Origin: Vicugna vicugna
Taxonomy: Eukaryota
Length of the DNA: 64,000 nt
NCBI GenBank assembly: GCA_013265495.1
Contig: MU058451.1
Span: 1,072,584-1,136,583 of the forward strand
Reading direction: 5' to 3'
Below, in pieces: positions 1 to 12,530 of the stretch. Both the position numbers and the translations under genes were made by a program. Position 1 is the stretch's first letter. Every line of letters starts with the position of its first letter. The notes below the pieces were generated by a model, which saw only the letters and a program-made list of their open reading frames with translations, was not told the origin of the DNA and did not search any database.

Positions 1-233
1 ACTTGAACCGATTCCGAGTAAAAGAGTGCAATCTAATAAGAATATTTGAGATATAAAAGAAAAATAAACAATTTTTCTAAATAAGAGGGCGAAGATGAAA
101 GAAAACTATCATTGGGAAGCCTAATTCACAACTCCCTTAAAGCCCACATTTGCAGAGCCAAAACTCCTGCTTTTCACAGTCTTCCTGAGTGAGCCAGGTC
201 TCTTCTCATGACTCCCAGTGTCACCTGAAATCT

Positions 234-392
234 TGCACTAAAAGCATGGTCCCTGGACTGGCAGCCCCAGCATCGCCTGAGATCTTGCTAGAAAAGCAGA
301 ATCTCAAGCCTTCTCCAGACCTACTGAATCAATATCTTTATTTAAAATAGTCTCAGTTATTCATACTCATATAAAAATTTGAAATACGTTAG
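234..392 (+). mobile_element. MER5A/MER5A1-like hAT-Charlie MITE
   Basis: TGGTCCCTGGACTGGCAGC...CAGCATCGCCTGAGATCTTGCTAGAAAAGCAGAATCTC...CAGACCTACTGAATCA follows the recalled MER5A consensus. Confidence 0.75.
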
Positions 393-428
393 ACAGACAT
401 GATGAGCCTAAATTTTACATATTTAGTT

Positions 429-640
429 CTGTGGTTCTCAACTGGAAGCAATTTCGTCCCTCAGGGAAATTTGTCAATGTTTGGAGACATTTGCGATTGT
501 CACAACTGGGAAGTGCTGTTGGCTTCTAGAGAGAATACACCAAGGATGCTGCTAAACATTCTACAAGGTACCAGACAGCCCTGTACAACAAAGAATTCTC
601 CACCTCCAAAGGTCAATAATGCCAAGGTTGAGAAACTCTG
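429..640 (+). mobile_element. MER20 (hAT-Charlie), near full length
   Basis: Termini CTGTGGTTCTCAAC and GTTGAGAAACTCTG are imperfect inverted repeats. Internal CAATGTTTGGAGACATTT..TTGTCACAACTGG and GGATGCTGCTAAACAT match recalled MER20. Confidence 0.9.
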
Positions 641-679
641 CTTCATCCTAACTCCTATGTCCCTTGGCCCATATTTTTG

Positions 680-1065
680 ACTGCCCAAAACATATCTCTA
701 TCTTGATATCTAGTGATAACTCAAATCATATTCTCTTACAATCACCATCATCATTCCCAGATCTCGATAATCCTTGCAACCAAACTCAGCTTTCCTAAAC
801 TAGAAAACTGGAAGTCATCCTTGAAGGCCTCCCTTTCTCCATCCAATTGTTCATAAAATCTTGTCACTTTTACCTCCTCTGATAAAACCTTCCTTCACAC
901 CTCCATCATTCTTGCCTCACCCACCACAGCAGCCATTTAGCTAGATTCTCTGCCTCTTGCCTCTCACTAGGTGAGCCTGCTCCTCACAATGATGCCTGAG
1001 CCACTTCCCTAAGGACAAATGTGATTCTCATTTTCCCATCTGAAAAGCTCTTCTGGTCCCCAACA
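680..1065 (+). mobile_element. degraded L2 fragment
   Basis: Pyrimidine-rich, with L2-like AAAACTGGAAGTCATCCTTGA...ATCCAAT...AAATCTTGTCACTTTTACCTCC. Confidence 0.6.
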
Positions 1066-1507
1066 CTTGGTGTTGAAATTGCAAAATGTCCACTGAAGAT
1101 GATAAATTTGGTTCACACGATGTTTTTAAAACCAAGGAATTTCATAGAAAGTTTCACTTTTTTAGATTCTCCTTATAAAAATTAGAAGGTGAATCAACCC
1201 TGAGCTCAGAGTCACCTATAAATTTTTCTGCTGCTCTCTCAATGGGCATGAGCTGTTCAGTTTGTCTCCATGGCTTAATTCCATCATTTCTGAACCCATT
1301 TTTTTGCCTTGACCCCGTAAGCACTTTGGCTTGCAGAATAACATCTTTAAAAAGCCTTAAATTATGATTATGGTGATGCTGATGACACAAATTGGTCCTA
1401 ATTTATCTCTCCACCTCATCCTCCCCAACCCCCACACGAAAAAGAACTACATCATTATGGGTATTCAACATCCACGTTATCTCAGAAAACTGAACCAATT
1501 CTTTTCT

Positions 1508-2157
1508 TTCATTTATTTGGCAAATATTCGTTGAGTGCCCTATTATATGCCAGACATTGTTCAAGGCAGAGGAGATACAGAAGAAAACAATACAAAGACA
1601 AAGTGCCTCCTCTCATGAAACCTATCTTCTGGGAAGACCAATATGTCAGACAGTGATGAGTGCTACGAAGAAAAACAAAACAGGGAGGATAAAGAATGGT
1701 GGGGTTGGGGCGTGAGGTGCTGTTTTGTACAGGGTTGCCAGGGAAGGCCTCTTTGATAGGAAAAGGTGGGCAAAGAGCTAAAGCAAGTGTGAAAGTAGGC
1801 TACAGAGATGGCTGGGGAGGAGCAGGTGGGAAGGCCTTGAGGTCTGAACATGCTTCAGGGAGCTGAGCATCTCCAAGGTCACTGCTGCTGGAGTGAAGTA
1901 AGCAAAGTGATAAGAAGTGGGGAATGAGACCAGACAATCAGTTAGGAAATCAGATTACAAAGGGGAGTTTTGTAGGCATGATGGGCAATTTTGATTTTAC
2001 CTGGAGTGAAATAAAGAACCACTGAAGGGTCTGGAGCAGAGTCATGACATAATGACTCCTTTTAAAAGAATCACTTTAACTGCTGTGCGGAAAACAAACT
2101 TATAGTGGCAAGGGTAGGAGAGGGGAGGCCAATTAGACAGCTATTACAACAGTCCAT
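1508..2157 (-). mobile_element. L2 3' end
   Basis: Reverse L2 tail TTCATTTATTTGGCAAATATTCGTTGAGTGCC..TATATGCCAGACATTGTT, followed by a typical L2 body (AGGGAAGGCCTCT, AAAAGAATCACTTTAACTGCTGTG). Confidence 0.85.
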
Positions 2158-2424
2158 TACGTTACTACATATATATGCATGCATAGGTAATCAATATCAT
2201 ATATACTATAATTTTTTAATAATATGCTTCCTACCGTCTTGACTTAAGACAGATCATACCAGAAGAATAATTAATTATATATTGACGAGACTTGATAGAA
2301 CTCATGGCACAAATTGACATTTTGACATTTATCATCACAGCATTCACTAAACACTCAGCCCATTGTAAAAAAAAAAAGTTTTGCCTTTGAGATACTCAAT
2401 AGTTTTTCATAAAGACTGTCAAAA

Positions 2425-2590
2425 TACTACCATGTCTCAGAATTGCTTCAGTTGGGTTGAGAGGAGGTGGAGGGTGACAATTAAAACTAGACTGGCTATG
2501 AGTTGACAACTGCTGAAGCTGGAAGCTGGTTACCTGGGTGGTTCATTACACTATGCTATTTTTGTAGATTCTGGAATTTTCCATAAGTCT
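2425..2590 (+). mobile_element. old L1M 3' UTR fragment
   Basis: AAACTAGACTGGCTATGAGTTGACAACTGCTGAAGCTGG...GGTTCATTACACTAT resembles old L1M 3' termini. Confidence 0.65.
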
Positions 2591-4284
2591 TTTAAATCAG
2601 CACTTAAGATATTACTAATATTAACATGTTAGTAGAGGATTGGTACACAACTTTAAGATTTAAATGCATAACTTACTAGTTCCATAATTATTCCTATATG
2701 TAAAATTTCAGCTACATTTGATATGTTTGGTAAGTGTATAATAATCAAGAAATCCTCAAGGATGGACCACAAACTATACTGGGTGCGTTTATAAAAACTG
2801 GAAGTCTAGAACACTAGACTATCTGACAGCATTTCTCTTGACCATTTTTCCAACATAGTAATTTTAAACCTTATTATAGTAGTTTTTAAGAGGGCTAAAT
2901 ATTTATCCCCATTAAGGCCTGCCAGGTATAGTATCCCAAATGTACTTAATAAATTGCACCTTCCTTGAGAAAAAAAAAAAAGGTGATGGGTTGAAAAATG
3001 TTTAGCTCAACCATGCATAATTGATAGGTTCCCTAGTGCAAATAAGTGTCTAATAAATAATTAAATTTAATCTCATTATAAGGGTTTTCATAATGGGATA
3101 ATTTAATTAAATGAAAGCCAAAAGGGTTTCTAAGGGTTGAAAGATGTTAATGTTGCTATATTTGGCTAATGGTCTGGGGATGCTATAGTGAAGAAAGTAA
3201 TTCACATGGGCACATGCATTATTTAATGAATCCCTCTGAGATGGAAGAAAGGACAGATCAATGGTAAGTTGTCATTTTAATCATTGCTTACAAAGCACAT
3301 TTAAACAACCTAGGGTATGTTAAAGGTGGAAAATACGCAAAAATTAACAATTGCTTTAAAAGACAAAGTACCTACATTCATAATATTATAGTGGAGGTTT
3401 TTTTTTTAAATTGAAATATACATTTTCTCTGCACCATTCTTTCTACTTTGGATCTATTACTAAGATGAAAATAAATAAAATCTCTTAAGCTGCTATACAG
3501 TCAGGTCAGATCTGGCTCTAAGTGAAAGTAATAATGGATACAGCATGTCTATCTGATACTAAAAAATTGATAGCTGAGTCATGAGGGACCCATTAACAAG
3601 CTTTTTGAGTGAGCAGAGTTTTGTGCTTCAAGTCTCCAGGAGCACTTAGCCGGACTAGGATAGTAAAATTGTAGTCTAAGTAGTTATCTCAGTTACAGGT
3701 GATCAGTTATGAGTTAATACGAATGGTGAAAGACATCATTCTTCTATCAGATATTATTTTTAAAAGCATCATTTTGTGAGAGGCAAAGATGCAAACACCA
3801 CAAAATTTGAGCCAGGTGGTCCAGGCAAGTTTTTTTTTCCTTCCAATAACATGGTGCCTAATGATGTATAGACCAGGCACACTTGATTTTTTTTTTTAAG
3901 TTAAACATAATTTCATGTAGTGCCCATGTCCAAATGTGCACTTAAAATGACACAAAACTAACCCATTGTCCTGAGAGTACAGGGTCTTTATCTGGGACAA
4001 ATGGTCCACCCCCTGAAACCTGAGTCATGGGGCTCTCCAAGTCTTGGAAAGGAGGGACCTTGTTTACAGGGAAACTCCTCGTTTTCATCAGGGATAAGGA
4101 GATGGATGAGCAGTGGTCGCTACTTCAGTCCCCAAGAGTGATCAATCAATTCCCTTAATGTTGTTGCCGTTTTCATGAATCCTGCTGAAACTTTGATGAA
4201 TCTTTCTCCTCGATAGGAATTTCTAATAGAAGTACAGATGAAAGGACTTGTGACATCCCCTCGTCCCAGTACATCAAGGCCAAA

Positions 4285-4395
4285 AAAGGTGACTTGCTCA
4301 AGGCCATCCAACTGTTTAATAGCAGAATGAAATTGAAACCCTAGGCTTTCTGAGTGCTAGTCTGGGGGTTATTTTTTAACCATGCCAACTGGCCC
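4285..4395 (-). mobile_element. MIR fragment
   Basis: AAGGTGACTTGCTCAAGGCCATCCAACTG...TTGAAACCCTAGG matches the reverse MIR core. Confidence 0.6.
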
Positions 4396-7300
4396 AGAGG
4401 AATTTTTTTAAAATAATGGTGACATAATACTCAGTGTATCTCAAAACTTGTGTCCATCATTACAAGCTCAAGTGTGTATGTGGTGGGGAGGGGCAATTTG
4501 TGGATAGGGAAGTCCTGAAAGGTTGAGGAAATAAACGATGCAGCTCTTTGAACAAATGTTTGACCGTGGCAGCGGTCAACCAAGGGTTACACAAATACAG
4601 TGATTTGGCTTTATCCAGGTCTTCACTTGTCCTCCTCCAAACTTCCTCCCCGCTCTCTAACCTTCAATTAAGACATATGGGATGTCAAAAAGGTAGCTGA
4701 AACACTGAACTAATGTGCTCTCAACAGCTGCTGCCACCGCACCTGCAAAATGAACAAAGGTTTGTGTTGTCCACATGAATATGTGTGTGCAAAGGGTGAA
4801 GCTGGACAGGGCTGACCCTCAGATTGCAAAAGCACAGGCATCAATATTCTAGGTATGTTGGGTAGTGTTGGGATAAGTTACTATCACTATCCATTTTTAA
4901 AGGAGATGTTTCTGCAATGCTCGGATACCAACTTCCAGATTTTTTTGATCTGAATGTCTGGTTTCACTTAATGGAAAGATAAGAATTCTGCACCTGGGAA
5001 TTTCTTTTGTAGTAAATATCCTTTGTTTTGAATGACTCTGGAAAAAAAAAATGGTTACTTCGCTTTTGATAAGAGACCTTACGGTTTTATTCTGTTCTGT
5101 TTTACAGAGAAGTCAGTGATAGTCGGGTGAGTTTTTCTGGGGAAGGACAGAGGATATTTGGGACAACTTTTCTAATCCATTCTTCCTCTGGGGACACTAA
5201 GGGTTTTATTCTCTAGGGCTGCTGTCTCTTCTATTGGTTATGGGTCTTTAGAAATGGGATGGCCAGGTGGCAGAATATTTGCTCAGTAGTTTCTCAGGCA
5301 TAGCAAGTACAATGCCCCAGGCAGACATGCTCCTAATCTGTTCATAACTAGAGTTTGGTCTTTGAGGTTGTTGGTGCATTCTCAGGGGAAGGAACTTATC
5401 TATAGACACCTACCTTTACTAGACCCAATACTCTAAGACAAGTCTGATTAATTTCACTTTACACTTGAAGACTAAACTTAGAGACATGCAGAAACGCAGC
5501 CAAAATCACAAATATAAATGGAAAAATTGGGATCTAAATCCTGGGTTTTTTTAAATTAAAAAATGTGTTTTCCCTTCAGTATAAGATGCTATAAAATACT
5601 ATTGCTTGGAAAGGAGTTATGTTTTCATGCTGTTGTGGTTAGGGTGGGGTGTGTATCTTTGCTACCAATCCAAAGTTTAGATCTCTTACAGCACAAAACT
5701 AGGCTGACAAAAATATTCTTTAAGGCTGGATTTAAATAATAACGATAGCGTGCTGTTTGAAACAGCTGAAATAATTTCCCCTGACAACAACAGTACAAAT
5801 AGGATTGATGCTCATTTCAGTGTTCCTAATTAGAATGTAACTTTCATGATTGTTCTTGGAATGTTTTTATCTTTATGTTCTCTGATCCATCCAATTGTAA
5901 CGGGACATTATTTGGTTTTATTTTTCAAATTTGGGAGAGAAATCCATAATTAAATTGATTCCATTTCTTTAGGATATCCAAATAATAGTAGTAATTTTCA
6001 ACAAATGTATAATATTTCATTGGCTTTCTGGTTTAGTTTACCCCCATTTTCTTTTCACTGCACATTGTGTCTCTGTATAAAGGATTAGCAGTCCACGACA
6101 GACAAGGTAAGGAATGAAACAAACATCTTCTTTGGTGATTTCATTTAATGTCATTCATGTATGCAATACCTCTATTTGAAAATGTCTAATGAAGTCATTT
6201 TGATATTTTCTCCTGTATATCCACTTTTTTTTAAATAAAATAGTTAACAGCAAACTATATATGACTCTTGATTCAAAGGTGTACATACCCAAATAACTCT
6301 ATTGTATACATGTTTTTCTAGAAACCTGAAAAGAACTGAGTAGATACAGGTCTTGGATAGCAGGTTAGGATCACTTTCTAGCCAGGTGAACTGTTTTTAT
6401 TTTGTTCCCTTATCTTTTGCTAATGTTTCTATTTCTTTTTTTTACCTTAGGTGAACATTAGGCAACAGCCTCATATGTTTAGAAGAATGGTCTCCTCCTT
6501 ACAAAAGTTGCAATCTTCCTGCTGCTTTCAAATATAAAACAAAAAACTTGATGAAAGTACCTAAAAGACCCACATCACCTGCCACCGTTACTTTCTGAGC
6601 ATTCCCATTCCAGGCCTAAGAGCTTTTCAGTCATAGAATGTTGCCAAGAAAATAGACGTCTTGAGAATCACACAAGCAATCTGATTTCTTACAACAATTA
6701 TAGTCAGATCCACAATCTCTAGTTAATATATTCAGACCTATGACATGCTTAGGTCCTCATGAGTTAAAATTCAGTGATTCAGATAGTAACAATGACTTAT
6801 AAAATATATTAGAAAGTAAACATGATTGTTGGCTCAAAAATTAAAATTCAATTATTGCACTTAGAAGGTCCTAAAATTCTTTGCCAAAGAAGAATCCTGG
6901 GTTTTTCATCCATGAACATACGTTGTATATGGGATATTTGTATGAAGACAGAAGTTTCCCCCAAATCCAAAACTCATCTTAATAAAATGTGAAGCTCATT
7001 GAAATTAAAACTTATCAGAGAACAGAACTATTCAGACAGGAAATGTTGATCTCAGTAAGACGGCAGAATGTCATCTTATCTGCTCAGCTGGAAAAGTGTA
7101 CGTTTGCAGTCTGTGCATTTGTTTTTTCTTGCTCTATGTGATCGATGCTAGTTCCCCTTGAGCTTTCTGCCTGCTAAGGGTTTTAATTTTAACTTGTATA
7201 AGGTGAGAAGTCTTTTGTGACACTGCAGGTGTCTGTCCTCACCTTGGCCCAACGGATGGTGTCCATGGGTTTCCGGGTTTCCCAGGTCCCGTCCAGACTC

Positions 7301-7802
7301 TCGCCTGGGAGCAGGGACCAGGCCTCTGTAGGAACTGCCACCAAAAATCAGAGAAAATTCCCCGCAGAACTTCAGGGAGGCAAAAAGAGCTCCCTGAGTC
7401 TTTTTTTTTTTCCATTGTTTCTAGGAAAATGCAAGCTTAAAAACAATTCCTTGAAGAGGGAGAGGTTAAGAAAGCAAACAACAAACTCTTGAAACGGTAA
7501 AATGTCATTTGTAAAAATTAGATATGTGAATGAATTTTACTAATCTAAAAAAATCCTCATTTGTCAATAAGCCTATGAAATTTTTCCAGTATTTTTAACT
7601 CAGACATGTTCTGAAATGTGAATAATTATTCCTCCCACAGCACACACATGAACGGGAAAAGCCTTCTGTGTACAGCCGGTTAGTGGGTAATGCCCCTCAT
7701 CCAAGGGGCTTAATAGCTAAAGTATCTAACTCCTTTCCAGGATTTGGGTCTCCTTGGATCACATAAGGCTATCTTAATTCTCCATTAAATCCTTAATGTA
7801 TT

Positions 7803-7822
7803 TGTGCGTGTGTGTGTGTGTG
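7803..7822. repeat. (TG)n microsatellite with one interruption
   Basis: TGTGCGTGTGTGTGTGTGTG read directly. Confidence 0.9.
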
Positions 7823-10211
7823 TAGGTGAGTGTATTTGCTGCTTTGGTATCATTGGGACCATGTCTCAGGATTCTAACGTAAACAAGCATGCTTACTGGA
7901 AAAGTCTGAAAGAAGGCTGATATTCCTGGGACTCAGTGGACAGGCCAGCACTGAGATGGGGCAGAGCCAACGATGGGCAAAGGATCCGAAAAGGGAAGTT
8001 CTGAGACAAACTCAGTCCAGGCTGGATGTCCAAAGATCTGGGGGTTCGGGGCAGAAAAGGCGAAAAGGTCCTAATCAAAGCCACAGAGACTTTATGAAGC
8101 TGAATCTGATTTATGATACAACTTTATATTTCTTTTGCTGGGATGTTTGGATTAGGGGAGTGAGACTAAGGAAGGAAATATGACATCACTCATTCTGGTG
8201 GATACTCTGTAAAGTTGAATAATAATGAGTATGCATTTATAAGTTAAATCAAATACTTCAGCATGGCCTAAACCGACTGCTGTGTGTGATTTCTTTAATC
8301 ATAGGTTGCAAATCATAGCTCTTGATAATATGATTTTGTAACTTCTAAGAGAACTTTAAATGGCAATCTGCTCATTCTTACATAGAGACATTAAGAAGAA
8401 AAAGTCAAATTATTACTTCCATGTGAAGCATCCTAAGAGTGAAATGAGGATGGGGGCTATATCTGGATGGTAAGACAGTAGATGTCCCAGATGTATCTGA
8501 TATACCAGAGCTACCATTTGCCATAGAATCTGGCCAAGGAAACATCACTGGAGTTCAGATAAAGAGAGTCGGGTCTTTGTGGGGGATGAGGTGTGCAGGT
8601 GATTACCAACTCAGGACAGTAGAGACATACTCTCCTGTGCCTCCTGGCTTCCTCAATCCCCTTGACCAGATTAAAAACTAGGTCTGCAAAATAGAGATCT
8701 GGTACACTCAAAATCAAGTTAAAAACTTCCATAATATAAAAGATCAATAACTCATCATTTTGTTTTATAAATTAGAAAGACTGATCCCCAAATCCAACCT
8801 CTTTTAATATGGCAGTACTTGGACTTTCCGTCTCTCCCTTTTTTTTTTCCTAACATAGAGTTGTTCTTAAAAAAATAACTTTTTGTGTATGACTGAAATT
8901 TTTGTCCTCCTTAAAACATAGAATTTATCCTTTAACCCTAAAGATTCCTAAAGGAGAAAAGACACAAACAAACAGGAAGAAGACCTAGAATGAGAAATCT
9001 GACACCCTGACCTAAAATTGGCATGAAGTGGATTGCACAATAGCATCAATCATGATTGCAACTTGTGAGATTTATGTGATTTCTAACTGAGTATGAAGCT
9101 GGTCTGCCTTGAAGCACTATCTTTCCTTTCTCTACTTCAGCGTGACTGATCTAAACTTAGAAGTGGTTTCCGAGCTATGATGTTTGTCCTCTCGAAACAT
9201 TGCAATTTTTTTGGTCTTTTTTCCCATCTCTTGTTGCAGACTGAAATTGGCCTTGATGTTGCTAGATGGGAATTTCCGCGGGGCAAGCCCACTACAGCAC
9301 TTTGTGGGTGTTTTTCTTCCTACTTCGTTTACTTAGCTTATTCTACGTCTCCTGGCTGTGTAGTGACCTGCTTATAGTTTTGCTTTACGGGCTTTCTTTT
9401 TAAATGATAAAGATTAAAAACAAAAGAGAATAAATTTCCTGGGCATCAAGCCAAAATATACAGGGAAAAAAAGACATGGAACACTCAAGAAGATATCTCC
9501 ATTCAGAGCAACTGATTACTCTCCAAATTGTATTTCATCACTGCCTTAGTGGATGGTACTGAATAAATCACATACTTCTCTCACCTTGTTGTGGACTAAG
9601 ATCCTGTCTCCTTTTATGCTTTAGGTAATGCCTAGTGAAGTCAATGACTTAAAAATTCGTAATGTGTTAATACACTAAATGCTTTATCCACCTCTTCCCT
9701 CTCAATTTCTTTTTTCTGTCTTTAATTTTTTCTTAATCTACCCTTGTGGTCTCAGCTACACAAATGGTTAAATAGAATGCCAGGTGTGGTTCAATATACA
9801 TTAAAAAATAAATGTAAAAACCCCAAACCAGGAAACCTAGTGCATCTCAAAACTAGTCAGAGCTAGAGAAGCAATATAATTTATCCTTTCAGGAAAGGGT
9901 CATGTGGGTGAGTCTGCATTGGCTTGTGACCATATTTCCATTGAATGAATCTGATGAGATAGGTTAGCAAATGTTTGGAGCACGGGAGAAAATACCATGA
10001 CTGAAAATACGGACTGACGGACTGAAATGGGTTGACCAAGAAAAAGCTTTGTTTAGTAGGGGTTTTTGTGGAGGAGGTGGGCTACAGAGGATGTGTAGAT
10101 AAACATTTTTTTTTTAGGAGGGGAGGGAATTAATAAAATGTATTTAGTGTAACATCAATTGCTATTCTAAAACATTAACAGCACCCTATGTTGTTATGTG
10201 GCAATGTGGCA

Positions 10212-10213
<2 letters not shown>

Positions 10214-10256
<43 letters not shown>
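10214..10256 (+). repeat. A43 homopolymer
   Basis: Uninterrupted run of 43 A followed by CAAAATAAAAC. Confidence 0.95.
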
Positions 10257-10257
<1 letters not shown>

Positions 10258-11758
10258 AAAATAAAACGAGTGAAATGCCAGAATAAGATTTATGCAATAG
10301 TTACAAAACAAAAACTCCCTCACGAATTAAAAGTGTAATCAACTTCCTTTGTATAGGAAAATTTGGTAATGCAAAATACATGAGTAAAATCAATATTCAA
10401 GGCTTAAATGTTCAAATGTTCGCTCTTATCTAAGTGCAGAAAGAACTGGGGGAAATACTCCGTACAGAACAACAAGAAATAGACAAACATTCCTAGAACA
10501 AGATCCTGCGTGTAGCCAACTCTAGCCCGCTGGCTCGGCTAGTTACCTCAATCTGAATAAGAAACGCTGTTAAATTTAACAAAGAACATCTGTTTTTCAT
10601 TTGAGGTGCATTCAAGTGTTCATTAAAGTGTCCTAACTGCTCTTTTCTTTTTCTATTTCACAATGGCTTTCCTTTCTAACACCATTGCAAGTTCAGCATG
10701 TGACTTAAAAAACCTCGGAGTCCTTGTGGCATTTCCTTTGAAATATGCCAGGAGAAACAAGGGAGAAAGCTGAAATCTCTAAGTTTAATAACATTTTACT
10801 ACCATTCACCTTTTCCATACTTCCTAGGGGTGTTTATTTTCTACAATTACTCCACTAGGCTTCGCTGAACCTGAATACCCCAGAGGCTTTCACTCCCGTC
10901 TGCAGGGAGGCCAGGAAAACTGAGCTTGAAAGCGAGTTACTCGTGTTAGCCCCTTTGATGGAAGTATTTGGTCACCTTCTATAGGAGGAGAAATCAGTTC
11001 AAAATAGTTTAAATGCAGTGCCTCAGATCGCTTTGTTCTGCCAAATTCATTTGAATACATAATTTATCCTGAACATCAAAGTCATCATTTTTCAAATATT
11101 TCCTTTGTTTTCTAGAAAGCATTAGGCCCCCAAAATTAACAAACAAACTTGGATACTTATTTTCTTGAAGAAACAGAAAATATTTTACAGACTTACAGGG
11201 CAGACCTATCAGATTTTAACCAATAAATACCATGTAAATACAATCAAACCTATTTTTGTCTTAGTAAATGATTAAAGATGTTTAATCATCCAAGTACACA
11301 TCTACGCTGTTTTGGGGGGGAAAAAGCATATTTTTAAGCACATTGTAAAAATGTTGCTAAATACATACACTCTTTAATAAAAATCTTTGTATTTTAGATA
11401 ATTTAGGTCAAATTATAATAATATACCACATTGGGAAGCACCCGGTAGTAGAAGATATGTAGAATTATCTTGTGGTTGAAAAAGCAACACAGAAATCATC
11501 AGTCCCACTATGAAATAATAGATCTTTGTCAAAGATCACTTATCTAATATGATGAATTGTTCACAATGTTATAGATGGAAAAACAAAGCCTGCCTCACAG
11601 TAAGCTCTCAGTAAAAATTGGGCCCTCACAAATAATGCATTGAATAAAGAGGTGGAGGGGACAAGCCAAGAATCTATCATTCTATTTTATGGAAAAGGGA
11701 CTCATGCTGTTTCCTGTTAGCGCTTCTGATTCCCTGCCCAATTTGCCCTCTTGAGATA

Positions 11759-11858
11759 ATTTTTTTATCCAGCTTTATTGAGATATAATTGATATATAAC
11801 ACTGTGTAAGTTTAAGGTGTACAATGTGATGATTTGATACAAAGATACGCTGTGAATG
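11759..11858 (-). mobile_element. short L1 3' terminus (L1MA-like)
   Basis: T-run then CTTTATTGAGATATAATTGATATATAACACTGTGTAAGTTTAAGGTGTACAATGTGATGATTTGATA, a reverse L1 3' end. Confidence 0.85.
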
Positions 11859-12290
11859 CGATATTTTGCATAGAAGGGACAGGATGGTTCTCATATGTGT
11901 ACTACTGCTACTCTATTATTCCTATTGATAAAAAAGGTGAACTATAAATTAGCAGTTATTTAGTCTTTCCAAATTAATTTTTTTTTATCATTTGGGCAAA
12001 AACTACCCTGTAGTTTAATTTTGGCATTATCAACACAATCAAGTACTTGATGGAAATTATGAGAATTGATGACTGAGATATATATGTGTGTGTGTATACA
12101 TAAATGGCTTTAAAATGCAAGTACATTTGCACTAGTAGAAATAAATTACAAATAGCCATGGTGAGCAATGTTTTACTGGTATGGCCTGAGCCACTGTATA
12201 TATTTGAAAGAAATAAATATATTTTATTTAAAATTTACTAATCCTATAATTAAAATCTTAATTTACGGGTTTTATCTTCTCTGAGAGGTC

Positions 12291-12530
12291 TAATAATAAC
12301 CAGCCTTTATTGAACAATGTATGTGCCAGCAGATTTGCTACATCCTTTACATGTATTACCCCTTTCAAATGTTCCTATAATCAGAGGGAGCTATCTTTAA
12401 GATAATTTTTATCCTCATGTTACAGCTTCAGGAGAGTGGTGTTCAAAAAGGTTAATACAATGCCCGGAGTCACATACAACTGGTCAGTGGCAGGGATGGA
12501 AGTCTTAATTTGCAACCTGTTAACTATACC
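12291..12530 (-). mobile_element. MIR
   Basis: TAATAATAAC..TTTATTGAACAATGTATGTGCCAG...GTCACATACAACTGGTCAGTGGCAG. Confidence 0.7.

Noticed and set aside
399..688. Overlapping ORFs of 93 and 62 aa
   Set aside because: They lie on MER20 and are repeat-derived.
4663..4760. Possible minus-strand exon (TTCATTTTGCAG acceptor, open frame AVAAAVESTLVQCFSYLF)
   Set aside because: Weak donor (GTTAGA), unrecognised peptide and no partner exons.
7880..8720. Possible old LTR fragments (similar impression at 12.6-13.2, 20.8-21.1 and 25.2-25.6 kb)
   Set aside because: Composition is suggestive, but I could not match a family or define ends.
9177..9377. ORF containing RWEFPRGK, reminiscent of receptor tyrosine kinase WEFPR or Nudix motifs
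   Set aside because: No downstream kinase glycine loop or Nudix box, so most likely a chance match.
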